A stretch of 64,000 bases of DNA. Origin: Candidatus Latescibacterota bacterium (GTDB lineage: Bacteria > Latescibacterota > CBDEFO01). The position numbers were made by a program, and so were the translations under genes. The stretch covers positions 2,336,001 through 2,400,000 of the forward strand of contig OZ252149.1 of NCBI GenBank assembly GCA_965248755.1, written 5' to 3'. Under the pieces are notes generated by a model, which worked only from the letters and a program-made list of their open reading frames with translations, did no database searches and was not told the DNA's origin. This document shows positions 41,169-51,870 of this stretch, one piece after another (the stretch's first letter is position 1; the number at the start of each line of letters is the position of its first letter).

Positions 41169-42584
41169 CTAATGGGAATAGGGCGGGATCTTTCGTGGGG
41201 TAGCCTCTACTACAATAGAATCTGATAGCGACTTTATCTCTTCACCGAATTTCTGATCGGCCTCAATCCTACTTCTTATTCTTTGACATGCATGCAAGAC
41301 AGTCGTATGATCTCTACCTCCGAAGTGCAGCCCTATATTCTTGAGTGTCACTTTTGTAAGGCTCTTTGAAAGATGCATAGCTATTTGGCGAGCTGCTGCT
41401 ATATCCTGCTTGCGACTCTTGCCTATCAGAACGTCCTGTGGGATCTGATAATATTCACAAGTCTTACGTTGTATCACCTCTACAGTTACTATAAGACCTG
41501 ATGTTTGAAGGGAAGGTTCTACAATCCTCTTTACCATCTCTAACGATATACTTCGATTATTAAGCGAAGTATAAGCAAGAATCTTCAGAAGACAGCCCTC
41601 AAGCTCCCGGATGTTAGAACTCACGTTCTTTGCGATAAAGGAGGCTATCTCGTCAGATATAGCGATAGACTGATCCTCAGCCTTTTTTTTCAGGATAGCT
41701 ATTCTCGTCTCCAGGTCGGGAGGTTCTATACTTGTCACGAGCCCCCACTGGAATCGGGAAATAAGACGTTCTTCCATGCTCTTGAGTCTATTGGGCGGAC
41801 AGTCAGACGTTAGCACTATCTGCTTGCCGTTCTGATGTAGTGCGTTGAACGTGTGGAACAGTTCCCGTTGAATACTCTCAGTCATAAGGAAAAACTGCAC
41901 ATCATCTACCAGCAGGATATCAGCAGTACGGTACCTTTTCGCAAAATCCGCAGTTTTTCTCTCTTTCATTGAGTTTATAAACTCAGTGAAGAACTGCTCA
42001 GACGACACACATATTATGTTTTGTACAGTAGACTCCGAAACGCAGAAGTCCGCAATAGCCTGAAGGATGTGAGTCTTACCCAGTCCCACTCCTCCATAGA
42101 TTACCAGAGGATTAAAAGGATTATCCCCAGGTGCTTCAGCTACAGCCATCGAAGCAGCATGGGCAAACTCGTTTCCTGTTCCAACCACAAATTTGTCAAA
42201 CGTATATTTCGAATTAAGTGTTCCCATTAAGATGGGCGAGGTCTCACTACCTTCTGGCACCGAACAACGAGCACGCGAAAACGGCGGCGGCCCACGCATG
42301 TCGTTCTCGACTATAGAGAACGTAATTTCTGGAGAAACCGAGCTCTCCTCCCGGATAGTACTTGATATTATATCAAAGTAGTTCTCCTCCAAAAAATCTC
42401 GAAAGAATGCACTGGGCACCTCGATTTCCACTACCTCTTCGTCGAATCGGCAACAGTTAGTCGTACGAAACCATGTCTCAAAGCTTTGGTGCTTAATTTT
42501 TTTCTCTATGGCACTCAGGCATTTTCGCCATGTTTCGTGAGGGTCGCTATACATCTTCTCTTCCATCTTTGGTGGTTTTTCCAT
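41169..42584 (-). CDS. dnaA: Chromosomal replication initiator DnaA (start could be 42584, 42566 or 42554)
   Basis: SFETWF, YTFDKFVVG, NPLVIYGGVGLGKTH, LLVDDVQF, RLISRF, NIRELEG, GGRDHTTV. Confidence 0.98.
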   Translation of the reverse strand: MEKPPKMEEKMYSDPHETWRKCLSAIEKKIKHQSFETWFRTTNCCRFDEEVVEIEVPSAFFRDFLEENYFDIISSTIREESSVSPEITFSIVENDMRGPPPFSRARCSVPEGSETSPILMGTLNSKYTFDKFVVGTGNEFAHAASMAVAEAPGDNPFNPLVIYGGVGLGKTHILQAIADFCVSESTVQNIICVSSEQFFTEFINSMKERKTADFAKRYRTADILLVDDVQFFLMTESIQRELFHTFNALHQNGKQIVLTSDCPPNRLKSMEERLISRFQWGLVTSIEPPDLETRIAILKKKAEDQSIAISDEIASFIAKNVSSNIRELEGCLLKILAYTSLNNRSISLEMVKRIVEPSLQTSGLIVTVEVIQRKTCEYYQIPQDVLIGKSRKQDIAAARQIAMHLSKSLTKVTLKNIGLHFGGRDHTTVLHACQRIRSRIEADQKFGEEIKSLSDSIVVEATPRKIPPYSH

Positions 42585-42852
42585 ATTTTTAGGCAAAGGT
42601 AAAAACAACAACGATTCACCCTAGCAAGGGTACAACACGATAAAAGCCCTTCCGAACAAAACCAATCCGCTGTTCATGCATACCGGTAAAATAGCAACGA
42701 TACATCTGCTAAATACAGAGATCTATTGAGACACTATCGGAGATTCTTTCGGCTGGTAATCTTAATGTTTACGCGAATGAACGGGCGAAAAGCAGACTTT
42801 CAGGTGTAGCGTTAGGAGTGCAGCGATTACAGAGCCATCTGAAGAGCTACAT

Positions 42853-42906
42853 TTGTCCACACGCTGCATACCTCTAAAAACTACAAATTCACATAGGGAA
42901 AGTCAA
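42853..42906 (-). promoter_or_regulatory. Putative dnaA promoter with a downstream DnaA box
   Basis: On the minus strand TTGACT-17 bp-TAGTTT (42906-42878); TTGTCCACA at 42853-42861 is positioned for autoregulation. Confidence 0.5.
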
Positions 42907-43199
42907 GAGATTTTCGACAGAAAAAACGGGTTACTCCACTCCTAAAAAACCAACGAAACCTTTACTATAACATACTCATAATGCTTAACATATATAGACA
43001 CTCATGTAAAACACATGGTATATGAAAACGAGTCCTTACTAGGTTGTAAGACAATGCAATATTTTAGATCAACTATACTTCTGAATACCTAACGATTTCC
43101 CAAGAAAAGAGTTAACTTGGCCCAACACCATAACTTCTCGATCTTATCAGTACTTTAAACTAGCACCCTTTTCAGGCTGGGAATAATCAGGGAAAGAGC

Positions 43200-43228
43200 T
43201 TGACAGAAAAAAAATTTACGTTTATATT
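43200..43228 (+). promoter_or_regulatory. Sigma70 promoter of the rpmH operon
   Basis: TTGACA-17 bp-TATATT. Confidence 0.75.
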
Positions 43229-43290
43229 TAATCATTCACCACCCAAAAAACAAAAAGACTTCGGTGCATAGCTACAGTGGAGGATTTAAA

Positions 43291-43425
43291 TTGAAGAGGA
43301 CATTCCAGCCCAGCAACAGAAAACGCAAAAATAAACATGGATTCAGAAGGAGAATGAAAACACCAGCGGGGCGCCAAGTGATCAAACGGCGCAGACAGAG
43401 AGGAAGAAAGCGTTTAGCCGTTTAA
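43291..43425 (+). CDS. rpmH: 50S ribosomal protein L34 (absent from the ORF track)
   Basis: TTG start after [49 protein letters not shown]. Confidence 0.98.
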   Translation: MKRTFQPSNRKRKNKHGFRRRMKTPAGRQVIKRRRQRGRKRLAV

Positions 43426-43429
43426 TTTA

Positions 43430-43765
43430 ATGCTAATGGGGAACGCACGCAACAAAGACACCGTTGTTAAACACCTTTTACAACACGGCGAGTGGTTGGA
43501 AGGGTCCTTGGGGAGACTCTGCTTCATCAGGGGGGAAGGGAGACTGAAAATTCATGTGCTTTTGCCGAAAGGAATCCAGACTGCGGTAACGAGGAATCAG
43601 CTAAAGCGGCAACTAAAAGATGCTTGCCGGAATAGACTAAAGAAGATGGGACACAAAAATACAAAGCTCGCAATAGTTCCAGACAAGCGGGCATACGGAC
43701 TGGATTATGTGGCACTAGAAGATGGTATAATTGAGTTACTTGACAAAGCTGGACTATGCGGATAA
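43430..43765 (+). CDS. rnpA: RNase P protein component, divergent
   Basis: Located between rpmH and yid[18 protein letters not shown] resembles the KxxxAVxRNRxKRxxR motif. Confidence 0.8.
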   Translation: MLMGNARNKDTVVKHLLQHGEWLEGSLGRLCFIRGEGRLKIHVLLPKGIQTAVTRNQLKRQLKDACRNRLKKMGHKNTKLAIVPDKRAYGLDYVALEDGIIELLDKAGLCG

Positions 43766-43974
43766 TATCTAAAACCTTAATATCTTTAATTGAAGCGTAC
43801 AGGATCTCTATTAGGCCATTCTTGCTAGGGGCCTGTCGTTTTACTCCGTCGTGCTCATCATACGCCATAGAAGCCATTGAGAAGAATGGCCCTACAAGGG
43901 GAATATTGCTAACTGTAAAACGATTGCTGAAATGCCATCCTTGGGGGGGCTGGGGATACGACCCGGTGGAATAG
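43756..43974 (+). CDS. yidD: Membrane protein insertion efficiency factor
   Basis: [25 protein letters not shown]. Confidence 0.96.
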   Translation: MRIISKTLISLIEAYRISIRPFLLGACRFTPSCSSYAIEAIEKNGPTRGILLTVKRLLKCHPWGGWGYDPVE

Positions 43975-43982
43975 AGAGAATC

Positions 43983-45743
43983 ATGGACAAGAACACAGTA
44001 ATAGCATTTATCTTGATAGGATTAGTGATAATTTTAACTTCTACTCCGCTTTATCAGAAGTTGATCGGCGGCGACCCGAATCAGGATAAAGACGACAGAC
44101 AGACGACTGGCGAAGATCGACCCACAGAAGTTGTACAAAAGGAAGCCGCAAGAAACTTTCACTCTCCGGACCCATACAAGGAAATAAGTACCAGGGATAT
44201 CCAAGAAGCTGAAGAACATGAATGGAGCGAAGACGGCACACAAGCTGAACTATATGATCCTCAAGAGGTTTTTGAAGCCACCGACATAACGGTTGAGAAC
44301 GAAGTCTTCATGGGGACGATAAGCACGAAAGGAGGAGGGTTCACGAGTCTGAAGCTCAAAAAGTTTGAAGGACAAGATGGAGGCTGGGTTGAGCTAATAG
44401 AGGATGGAGGTGGGGGACCTACTCTCTTGCTTGAGGTAGATGGGAATGTGCATGATTTAAGTGACGTCGAGTTCATCATCACCGACAGAGACCACATATT
44501 TGTAGAGAAAGGCCAGGAGCGAGAAATAACCTTCACTGCGGACCTGAGAGACGGTAGGAAAATAGAAAGACGGTTAACTATAAAGGGGGATAGATACGAC
44601 ATAGGCCTGAAAGTGAACGTCGTAGGCTTCGGTGAGGACGTTAAGTGCGCTTTGAATTGGGCAGGTGGAATTGCGATCACAGAGGCTGACACAGCTCAGG
44701 ATTTGACCTCTATGAAGGCCTATACGTTTATGGGAGGAGAGGTAGAGCAATTTGAGATTGAGAATAAAGAAGAAGGTAAACATGGACGATTAGACTGGAT
44801 AGGCGTAAGGAATAGATATTTCTTTATCTGTCTTGCACCGCTTGACGGGCGAGAGTCGGAAGCTCGTGTGTCGGGATACGTGAGAGAACACGTAAGCGGG
44901 TACAGCATCCCTATCTACAATTTCACTATTGCGAGCGATATGGGAGAGGATGGACAAATAGATAGTTTTATCTATATGGGTCCGATATCGTATCCCATAC
45001 TGAGGGACGTGGGCCCTTACGGTCTGGACGGTGTAATAGACTGGGGATGGCCCTTCCTCCAGCCGATTTTAAAGCCAATATCATCCAAGGTGCTCATTCC
45101 CATATTAATTGGACTATATGATTGGATACCCAACTATGGAGTTGTCATAATTATCTTTTCAATTCTGGTTAAGATCGCCGTCTATCCGCTCACTGCTAAG
45201 AGCTATCAGTCGATGTCCAAGATGCAATCACTTCAGCCGAAGATGGCAGAGTTAAAAGAAAAATACAAAGATGACAAGCAGCGGCAGAGCCAGGAAATGA
45301 TGAAGCTTTACAAAGAACAGGGGGTAAATCCTATGGGGGGCTGTTGGCCGATGCTCCTTCAGATGCCGATATTTATAGCTCTTTACACCGTATTTAGTAG
45401 CACGATAGAGTTGAGAAAAGCCGAATTCGCGCTGTGGCTACAGGACCTTTCCGCTCCGGACCCCTATTATGTTCTTCCGGTTCTGATGGGTATCACTATG
45501 TTCATCCAGCAGAAGATGACTATGAAGGACCCCAAGCAGGCAGCTATGGTATATATTATGCCCGTGGTCATGGTATTCATCTTTAAGAGCTTCTCGGCAG
45601 GTCTGGTGCTCTACTGGACAATGTTTAACATTTTTAGCGGGATTCAGCAACTAGTGATCCAACCGAAGCTATCGAAAGTCAATAAAGAGGAACCAGTCAC
45701 GGTCGTAAAGCAGAAAAGGAGAGGAAAGTCAAAGGAGATTTAG
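43983..45743 (+). CDS. yidC: Membrane protein insertase YidC (long Gram-negative form)
   Basis: MDKNTVIAF TM segment, periplasmic domain, IDWGW, NYGVVII, NPMGGCWPMLLQMPIF, GLVLYW. Confidence 0.97.
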   Translation: MDKNTVIAFILIGLVIILTSTPLYQKLIGGDPNQDKDDRQTTGEDRPTEVVQKEAARNFHSPDPYKEISTRDIQEAEEHEWSEDGTQAELYDPQEVFEATDITVENEVFMGTISTKGGGFTSLKLKKFEGQDGGWVELIEDGGGGPTLLLEVDGNVHDLSDVEFIITDRDHIFVEKGQEREITFTADLRDGRKIERRLTIKGDRYDIGLKVNVVGFGEDVKCALNWAGGIAITEADTAQDLTSMKAYTFMGGEVEQFEIENKEEGKHGRLDWIGVRNRYFFICLAPLDGRESEARVSGYVREHVSGYSIPIYNFTIASDMGEDGQIDSFIYMGPISYPILRDVGPYGLDGVIDWGWPFLQPILKPISSKVLIPILIGLYDWIPNYGVVIIIFSILVKIAVYPLTAKSYQSMSKMQSLQPKMAELKEKYKDDKQRQSQEMMKLYKEQGVNPMGGCWPMLLQMPIFIALYTVFSSTIELRKAEFALWLQDLSAPDPYYVLPVLMGITMFIQQKMTMKDPKQAAMVYIMPVVMVFIFKSFSAGLVLYWTMFNIFSGIQQLVIQPKLSKVNKEEPVTVVKQKRRGKSKEI

Positions 45744-45770
45744 GAGGTGGGACTAGACAGAAGGACAAGA

Positions 45771-45786
45771 TGTTTCAGGTGAAACA
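45771..45786. promoter_or_regulatory. parS site
   Basis: TGTTTCAGGTGAAACA, one mismatch from TGTTTCACGTGAAACA. Confidence 0.85.
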
Positions 45787-45904
45787 TTTACCTGTCTTAC
45801 ACTACCGAATACGGTCTTTAAGAAGATGAAAGATGAGTTGTGCTTTACTCTGATACTCAGACGGGCAGATGAAAGGATAGAATGGGGCCATATGTGCCCC
45901 TATT

Positions 45905-47296
45905 TTGCTTGTGAATAAAGTCTTGATAGATGATACGATAGCAGCGATAGCTACAGCGTTGGGCGAAGGTGGAGTGGGGATAATTCGCCTAAGTGGGAGC
46001 CGGGCTGTAGAGATTGCAGATAGTATATTTGACGGGAGCGGCAAAAAGCGGTTGCAGGACGCAAAGAGCCATACCATACTTCATGGGCTGATAGTCTATA
46101 GGGGAGAAGAGATAGATGAGGTATTGGTGAGTGTCATGAGGTGCCCCAGGTCCTACACCGGGGAGGATGTAGTAGAGGTCCACTGCCACGGGGGAGTCCT
46201 GGTTCAAAGGAGGATTCTGGAGGTTCTGCTTGCATCGGGCGCCAGACTTGCCCAAAGAGGGGAGTTTACCAAGCGAGCGTTTTTAAACGGGAAGATGGAT
46301 CTATCTCAGGCTGAAGCTGTAGCTGATCTGGTGAAGGCAAAGGGCAAAGAGGGACTCAAGTCGGCTTATTTTCAGTTGAGGGGTGCACTATCCAGGCGGC
46401 TTGAGAAACTTAAGGCCAGTCTTACTGAATGTATGGCGCTTTTAGAGGTATCCCTGGATTTTGCAGAGGAGGATATAGAGTTCGTGGACAATTCTGAGGT
46501 GATGAAGATGTTGGAGGAGGCTATAGGAGAGATAGATCGTCTTGAAGGTTCGTTTCGATTTGGAAAAGTGATTAAGGAGGGCGCGAAAGTCGCTTTAGTG
46601 GGAAAGCCGAATGTAGGTAAGTCGAGCCTGTTGAACGCCCTTCTGGACGAGGATCGCGCAATTGTGACGCCTCTTCCGGGGACTACTAGGGATTCCATTG
46701 AGGGATGGATAAACATTGAGGGAATCCCTTGCGTAGTGGTGGATACTGCCGGTATCAGAGACACAGATGATCCTGTTGAAAGGGAGGGGCGTAAACGCAC
46801 GCTTTATAGTGTCGATGAATCAGAGATAGCTGTCGTGGTTTTGGACGGGTCACAGCCGTTAGATGAGAAGGATAGAGCCCTGGCAAGTATTGTGGGAAGT
46901 AAGGAAAAAATACTGGCGCTAAATAAGCTAGATCTGGGAGTTTCCGTCAGGGAAGATGACTTGAAGATATTTGGAAACGGTTCATCCGTGAATATCTCAG
47001 CGACAGAGAGATTAGGACTGGATGATCTGAAAGCCGCGATGTCAGCCCCTCTCTTGAACGGACTGGAAAATAGGGAGGACGGAGAGGTGATAACAAAAGA
47101 AAGACACGCTGACTGTCTCAGGAGGGCGTCTCTGTCGTTGAGATCGGCTATGGATGCAGTTCGAGGCGGAATGTCGCCCGAGTACGTTTCGTTTGACATC
47201 AGGGAGGGCCTGGATGCTCTGGGAGAGATCGTCGGAGAGACGACATCAGAGGACGTTCTAAATAAGATCTTTGAGGAGTTCTGTATCGGGAAATAA
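45905..47296 (+). CDS. mnmE: tRNA modification GTPase MnmE
   Basis: DTIAAIAT, SYTGED, GKPNVGKSS, GTTRD, DTAG, NKLD, C-terminal FCIGK. Confidence 0.98.
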   Translation: MLVNKVLIDDTIAAIATALGEGGVGIIRLSGSRAVEIADSIFDGSGKKRLQDAKSHTILHGLIVYRGEEIDEVLVSVMRCPRSYTGEDVVEVHCHGGVLVQRRILEVLLASGARLAQRGEFTKRAFLNGKMDLSQAEAVADLVKAKGKEGLKSAYFQLRGALSRRLEKLKASLTECMALLEVSLDFAEEDIEFVDNSEVMKMLEEAIGEIDRLEGSFRFGKVIKEGAKVALVGKPNVGKSSLLNALLDEDRAIVTPLPGTTRDSIEGWINIEGIPCVVVDTAGIRDTDDPVEREGRKRTLYSVDESEIAVVVLDGSQPLDEKDRALASIVGSKEKILALNKLDLGVSVREDDLKIFGNGSSVNISATERLGLDDLKAAMSAPLLNGLENREDGEVITKERHADCLRRASLSLRSAMDAVRGGMSPEYVSFDIREGLDALGEIVGETTSEDVLNKIFEEFCIGK

Positions 47297-47300
47297 TGAA

Positions 47301-47316
47301 TGTTCCACGTGAAACA
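47301..47316. promoter_or_regulatory. parS site
   Basis: TGTTCCACGTGAAACA. Confidence 0.9.
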
Positions 47317-47345
47317 ATTCAGCTTGAAAGCGCAAGGCAAGAGGA

Positions 47346-47361
47346 TGTTTCACGTGAAACA
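47346..47361. promoter_or_regulatory. parS site (perfect palindrome)
   Basis: TGTTTCACGTGAAACA. Confidence 0.93.
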
Positions 47362-47402
47362 ACTTTAGGAAGTGTGAAACGTCCGTAAATAGAGAAGTAT
47401 AT

Positions 47403-49271
47403 ATGTTAAATTCTAATAGATATGATGTTATAGTGGTCGGCGGGGGCCACGCCGGCTGTGAAGCCGCTCTTGCCACCGCCAGAATGGGGTGCTCTACAGT
47501 GCTTGTGACCATGAACCCTGATAACATAGCCCATATGCCCTGTAATCCCGCTATCGGCGGTCTGGGCAAAGGTCATCTGGTCAGGGAGATAGATGCACTG
47601 GGAGGCGAGATGGCAAAGGCGATAGACCGAACAGGCATACAGTTCAAGATGCTAAACAGGTCCAAAGGACCCGCTGTATGGTCCCCGCGTGCTCAGGCGG
47701 ACAGGGCTGCGTATAAGGCCGAGATGAGGCGAACAGTGGAAAGTCAGCCGAATCTCCTTATAAAGAAGACTCAAGTTGCATCTATACTCACTGATGGGCT
47801 GAAGACTGTAGGAATATCAACTTCGTCGAAAGATGAGATACTTGCGTCTGCCGTAATCGTGACGACCGGGACCTTCCTCAAAGGGCTTATCCACGTGGGC
47901 CTCGAAAACACACCCTCCGGTCGTGTAGGAGAAGATCCTGCATCGTCCCTCTCCGACTCTCTTAGGGAACTTGGCTTAGCGTTGGGGAGGCTAAAAACCG
48001 GCACGTCGCCGCGAGTTGAGGGCAGGAGTCTGAACTACGATGTGATGGATGAACAGGCGGGGGACGAACCCCCCGAGCCGTTCTCATTTGATACATACAA
48101 ATTGGATGTCAATCAGGTTATGTGCCACCTTACCCGCACTAACTCTGCTACTCATAAGGCAATCACATCGTCCTTAGATCAGTCTCCTCTCTACTCAGGC
48201 AGGATAGTCGGCATCGGTCCCAGGTACTGCCCCTCAATCGAAGATAAGGTCGTTCGCTTCAGCGACAGACCGTCGCATCAGATATTCATCGAGCCAGAGG
48301 GCAGGGGCACGACGGAGGTTTACATCAACGGATTTTCCACAAGTCTGCCTGAGGGCGTCCAGTTGAAGGCTTTAAGGACGATTGTGGGCATGGAGGAGGC
48401 CGGGATTACGAAGCCCGGCTACGCTGTGGAATACGACTTTGTCTTCCCCTCGCAGCTTTACCCCACGTTGGAGACCAAGATCGTCTCCGGTCTCTTCCTT
48501 GCAGGTCAGCTCAACGGCACGTCCGGCTACGAAGAAGCCGCTGCCCAGGGGCTGATCGCGGGCATAAATGCGGCTCTGAAGATCAGAGGGGAGAAGTCCC
48601 TGATACTTGACAGATCGGAGGCCTATATTGGTGTTTTGGTTGACGATCTGGTGACAAAGGAGATCAGGGAACCCTACCGCATGTTCACATCCAGGGCGGA
48701 GTACCGCCTCTTACTGCGTCAGGACAACGCCGACATCAGACTCTTGGATCACGCTGATAGGATAGGCCTTGTCCCGAAGGATGTCATTAAGGAAAGGTCG
48801 AAAAAAAGGAAACGTATCCGGGATGGAGTTTCGATGCTTAAGTCCACCAAGGTGCGTCCATCCCAAGCCAATCCGATTCTAAATCGCGCTGGCTCCGCCG
48901 AGATATCAGAGTCCTGTTCGCTCGACCAGCTCCTCAAACGCCCGGAACTGCGATACGAACACTTGATACCTCTGATGGACGGCGCGGCGACTCTTCCCGC
49001 TGATGTCGCCAGAGAGACCCAAATCGAAGTGAAGTACAAAGGCTATATCAGCAGGCAGATGAAGCACGTCCAAAAATTCCGAAACATGGAAGGCCGAATC
49101 ATACCGGACGACTTCGATTACCTGTCCATATCCGCTCTATCGGCAGAAGCTCGGCAGAAGTTGACGGAGATCATGCCTCGTTCGGTGGGACAGGCTTCCA
49201 GGATAGCCGGTGTAAGATTCTCCGACATCTCTGTTCTTCTCGTCCACATAGAAAGATATCGGCGCAGTTGA
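47403..49271 (+). CDS. mnmG: tRNA uridine-5-carboxymethylaminomethyl synthesis enzyme MnmG (GidA)
   Basis: [60 protein letters not shown]. Confidence 0.98.
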   Translation: MLNSNRYDVIVVGGGHAGCEAALATARMGCSTVLVTMNPDNIAHMPCNPAIGGLGKGHLVREIDALGGEMAKAIDRTGIQFKMLNRSKGPAVWSPRAQADRAAYKAEMRRTVESQPNLLIKKTQVASILTDGLKTVGISTSSKDEILASAVIVTTGTFLKGLIHVGLENTPSGRVGEDPASSLSDSLRELGLALGRLKTGTSPRVEGRSLNYDVMDEQAGDEPPEPFSFDTYKLDVNQVMCHLTRTNSATHKAITSSLDQSPLYSGRIVGIGPRYCPSIEDKVVRFSDRPSHQIFIEPEGRGTTEVYINGFSTSLPEGVQLKALRTIVGMEEAGITKPGYAVEYDFVFPSQLYPTLETKIVSGLFLAGQLNGTSGYEEAAAQGLIAGINAALKIRGEKSLILDRSEAYIGVLVDDLVTKEIREPYRMFTSRAEYRLLLRQDNADIRLLDHADRIGLVPKDVIKERSKKRKRIRDGVSMLKSTKVRPSQANPILNRAGSAEISESCSLDQLLKRPELRYEHLIPLMDGAATLPADVARETQIEVKYKGYISRQMKHVQKFRNMEGRIIPDDFDYLSISALSAEARQKLTEIMPRSVGQASRIAGVRFSDISVLLVHIERYRRS

Positions 49272-49278
49272 CCGCGTT

Positions 49279-49950
49279 ATGTCTACACCCTCCCTTGCAG
49301 ATATCCATCATCTGTCCACCGGCTGCTCCCAACTCGACATTTCTCTTGAGGACCGGCAGATACGGGCGTTCATGGCCTATCGGGATCTCCTGCTAAAATG
49401 GGCGCTCAAAGTCAATCTTATATCCACAAGCGATCGCGACAGGATCGTTACTCATCATTTCTTGGATTCCCTGACCGCCCTCCCCTTTCTTCGCGACTTG
49501 TGCGATCTTAGGATTCTCGACATCGGTTCCGGGGCTGGATTCCCCGGCGTACCGCTGAAGATCGTCCGCCCCGCCCTCAGATTAACCCTTGTGGAATCCA
49601 GGCGAAAAGCTGCTTCCTTTCTCAGAACCCTTGTGCGGACCCTTGACCTTACCGATGTAAATGTCCTATGCAGCAGAGCGGAAGATCTATCTTCCGATCC
49701 CCAATACAGATTCGGTTTCGACGGTGTAACCGCACGAGGAGTGGCACAACTCCCTGTTCTTTTCACTCTCTGTGAACCTCTTCTGAAGCCCTCCGGATTT
49801 CTCATGTGCTACAGGGGCCCCCATCCTTCAAATGAGATAGAGGCCCTCTGTGCCCGCTTTCCTGATCTTCGCTTCAACATACAAATCCAGCGGATCCAGG
49901 TGCCCATAATAGAGCGGAAGGGATCTCTGGTATTTATTAAGAAAATATGA
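49279..49950 (+). CDS. rsmG: 16S rRNA m7G527 methyltransferase RsmG (GidB)
   Basis: HFLDSL, LDIGSGAGFPG.PL, LVES, RAE, VTARG. Confidence 0.96.
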   Translation: MSTPSLADIHHLSTGCSQLDISLEDRQIRAFMAYRDLLLKWALKVNLISTSDRDRIVTHHFLDSLTALPFLRDLCDLRILDIGSGAGFPGVPLKIVRPALRLTLVESRRKAASFLRTLVRTLDLTDVNVLCSRAEDLSSDPQYRFGFDGVTARGVAQLPVLFTLCEPLLKPSGFLMCYRGPHPSNEIEALCARFPDLRFNIQIQRIQVPIIERKGSLVFIKKI

Positions 49951-49954
49951 TCGT

Positions 49955-50200
49955 CCGACATTATTCACAAGATATCAACATCCTTGGATATTAGATAAGA
50001 TACAGATAAACAGTATGTTAAGAATATTGTGATAAGGTTATCCACATTATTCAACGAATACGGAGCAACTTGTGTTAAGATTTATCGTTCAGCCTAACAT
50101 TTTGTATATTTAATGATATAGTTAAGAGTAAATTCATCTAATCCACATTGAATGGATAACATGTGGACAACAATGTGGACAACACGTACACATTGTAAAC
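49955..50200. promoter_or_regulatory. Dense DnaA-box cluster in AT-rich DNA (candidate oriC or DnaA-binding cluster)
   Basis: TTATTCACA 49961, TTATCCACA 50038, TAATCCACA 50139, TGTGGACAA 50162 and 50174, plus weaker boxes; another TGTGGACAA at 50402. Confidence 0.8.
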
Positions 50201-50222
50201 TAGGACGGACACAAAATTTCAC

Positions 50223-50251
50223 TTGCAACCCATTAAGAATTATGATATATT
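50223..50251 (+). promoter_or_regulatory. Putative promoter of the rsmI operon
   Basis: TTGCAA-17 bp-TATATT with an extended TG. Confidence 0.55.
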
Positions 50252-50417
50252 TAGTTCGAAGGTGAGCAGACCTTCAGTTTTCTTCACTCCCATATTCCAC
50301 TGCAAATTGGAAGAATCTTGTGGGAACCTTTTTAAGCGCTATGCCTCGGTCCAACACAAAAGCGGTGATGAGAAAGGAGTCCCCGGAACTATCCATATCT
50401 GTGTGGACAACCTTTCC

Positions 50418-51134
50418 GTGAAAAGTGGAGCATCCATCCGTAAGAATCAAACGGGTACAGGGACTCTCTTTATCGTCAGCACTCCTATAGGCAATCTTGA
50501 GGACGTCACATTTCGCGCCAAGAGGATCCTCGAAGAGGTGAGCTTTATTGCGGCTGAGGATACGCGCAGAACACGCAAGCTCCTTTCGCATTTCGGGATC
50601 GATACTTCCCTTACCAGCTTTCACGACTTTAATAAGGAGGAAAAGGGACCGGCTATCGTCCAATCCCTGAGCGAAGGTCTGGATGTCGCCTTAGTATCTG
50701 ACTCGGGGACCCCTGGTATTTCCGATCCGGCGTACAGACTGGTTAGACTTGCCGTTTCTCAAAGGGTTGAGGTTGTGCCGATCCCTGGGCCCTGCGCTGC
50801 TCTTGCGGCGCTTGTGGTCTCAGGATTGCCTACTGACAGATTCGTCTTTGAGGGGTTTCTGCCTCGGAAAGCTGCAAAAAGGAAGCAGCGTCTTAAAGAG
50901 CTTAAGTGCGAAAAGCGCACCATGATCTTTTATGAGAGTCCGCACAGGCTCCAGGTGATGCTTCAAGACGCTTATGAGATATTTGGCGGCAGAGAGGTCT
51001 CCATCTCGAGAGAATTGACCAAAAGATTTGAAGAGACTTTAAGGAGCCAGTTAGGTCAATTTGTAGAGATGTTTGAAGAGAGGGTCCCCAAGGGGGAGTT
51101 TGTTGTTGTAGTAAAGGGAGGCGAAAAAGAATAG
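50418..51134 (+). CDS. rsmI: 16S rRNA C1402 2'-O-methyltransferase (start uncertain)
   Basis: STPIGNLED, AEDTR, VSDSGTPGISDP, FEGFLP, FYESPHR, SRELTK.FEE, KGEFVVV. Confidence 0.96.
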   Translation: MKSGASIRKNQTGTGTLFIVSTPIGNLEDVTFRAKRILEEVSFIAAEDTRRTRKLLSHFGIDTSLTSFHDFNKEEKGPAIVQSLSEGLDVALVSDSGTPGISDPAYRLVRLAVSQRVEVVPIPGPCAALAALVVSGLPTDRFVFEGFLPRKAAKRKQRLKELKCEKRTMIFYESPHRLQVMLQDAYEIFGGREVSISRELTKRFEETLRSQLGQFVEMFEERVPKGEFVVVVKGGEKE

Positions 51135-51169
51135 ACTCTTTTTTTGGGAAGTCAAAGACGGAGATGTAA

Positions 51170-51770
51170 GGTGATCAGAGAAAGGCTAAAAGAGGAATTT
51201 TCAGTCTTCTTACAGCCATCGGTTAGGCTGTTGGTTAAGCTGAACATCCATCCGGATGTCATTACTCTGTTGGGGTTTATTCTGAACCTCTATGCAGCAT
51301 ATCTCTTTAAAGAAGAGGGATTTCTTCTTGCCGGGATTACAGTCCTTCTGGCCGGGCTCTGCGACGCCTTGGATGGACAGGTGGCAAAGGTGTCCGGCTG
51401 CACGACGAAGTTCGGAGCGCTGTTGGATTCTACCGTTGATCGCTACTCGGAGACCATCGTCTGGTTTGGAATAGGTTATTATTCGATCCTGGCTCATTGG
51501 TGGATCACAAGCATTGCCATATTTTTCGCGCTGGTCGGCTCGCTTATGGTCAGCTACGTGCGCGCCAGAGCGGAAGGCTTAGGGGAGGAGTGTAAAGTCG
51601 GCTTTATGCAGAGACCAGAGCGCGTCATCTTGATCGGACTCGGCGCTATCATAGGGAAGAACGGGCTTATGGTGGCTATATGGGTTATCGCTCTTCTGGC
51701 CAACTACACTGTGGGAGAAAGGTTGTGGTACATCTGGAAAAAGTCGAAAAAGGAGATCGCTTCGACTTAA
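51170..51770 (+). CDS. CDP-alcohol phosphatidyltransferase, phosphatidylinositol-phosphate-synthase-like (start approximate)
   Basis: [15 protein letters not shown]...[37 protein letters not shown]; adjacent to ino1. Confidence 0.88.
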
Positions 51771-51870
51771 AAAAGTAGCGTTCCCCAGTGGCATCCATCA
51801 ATTGCTTCTATTAATGGACCATTTAATATCTTTAAATCTGGCATCTATTTGTAACATAAGGAGTTACTCT

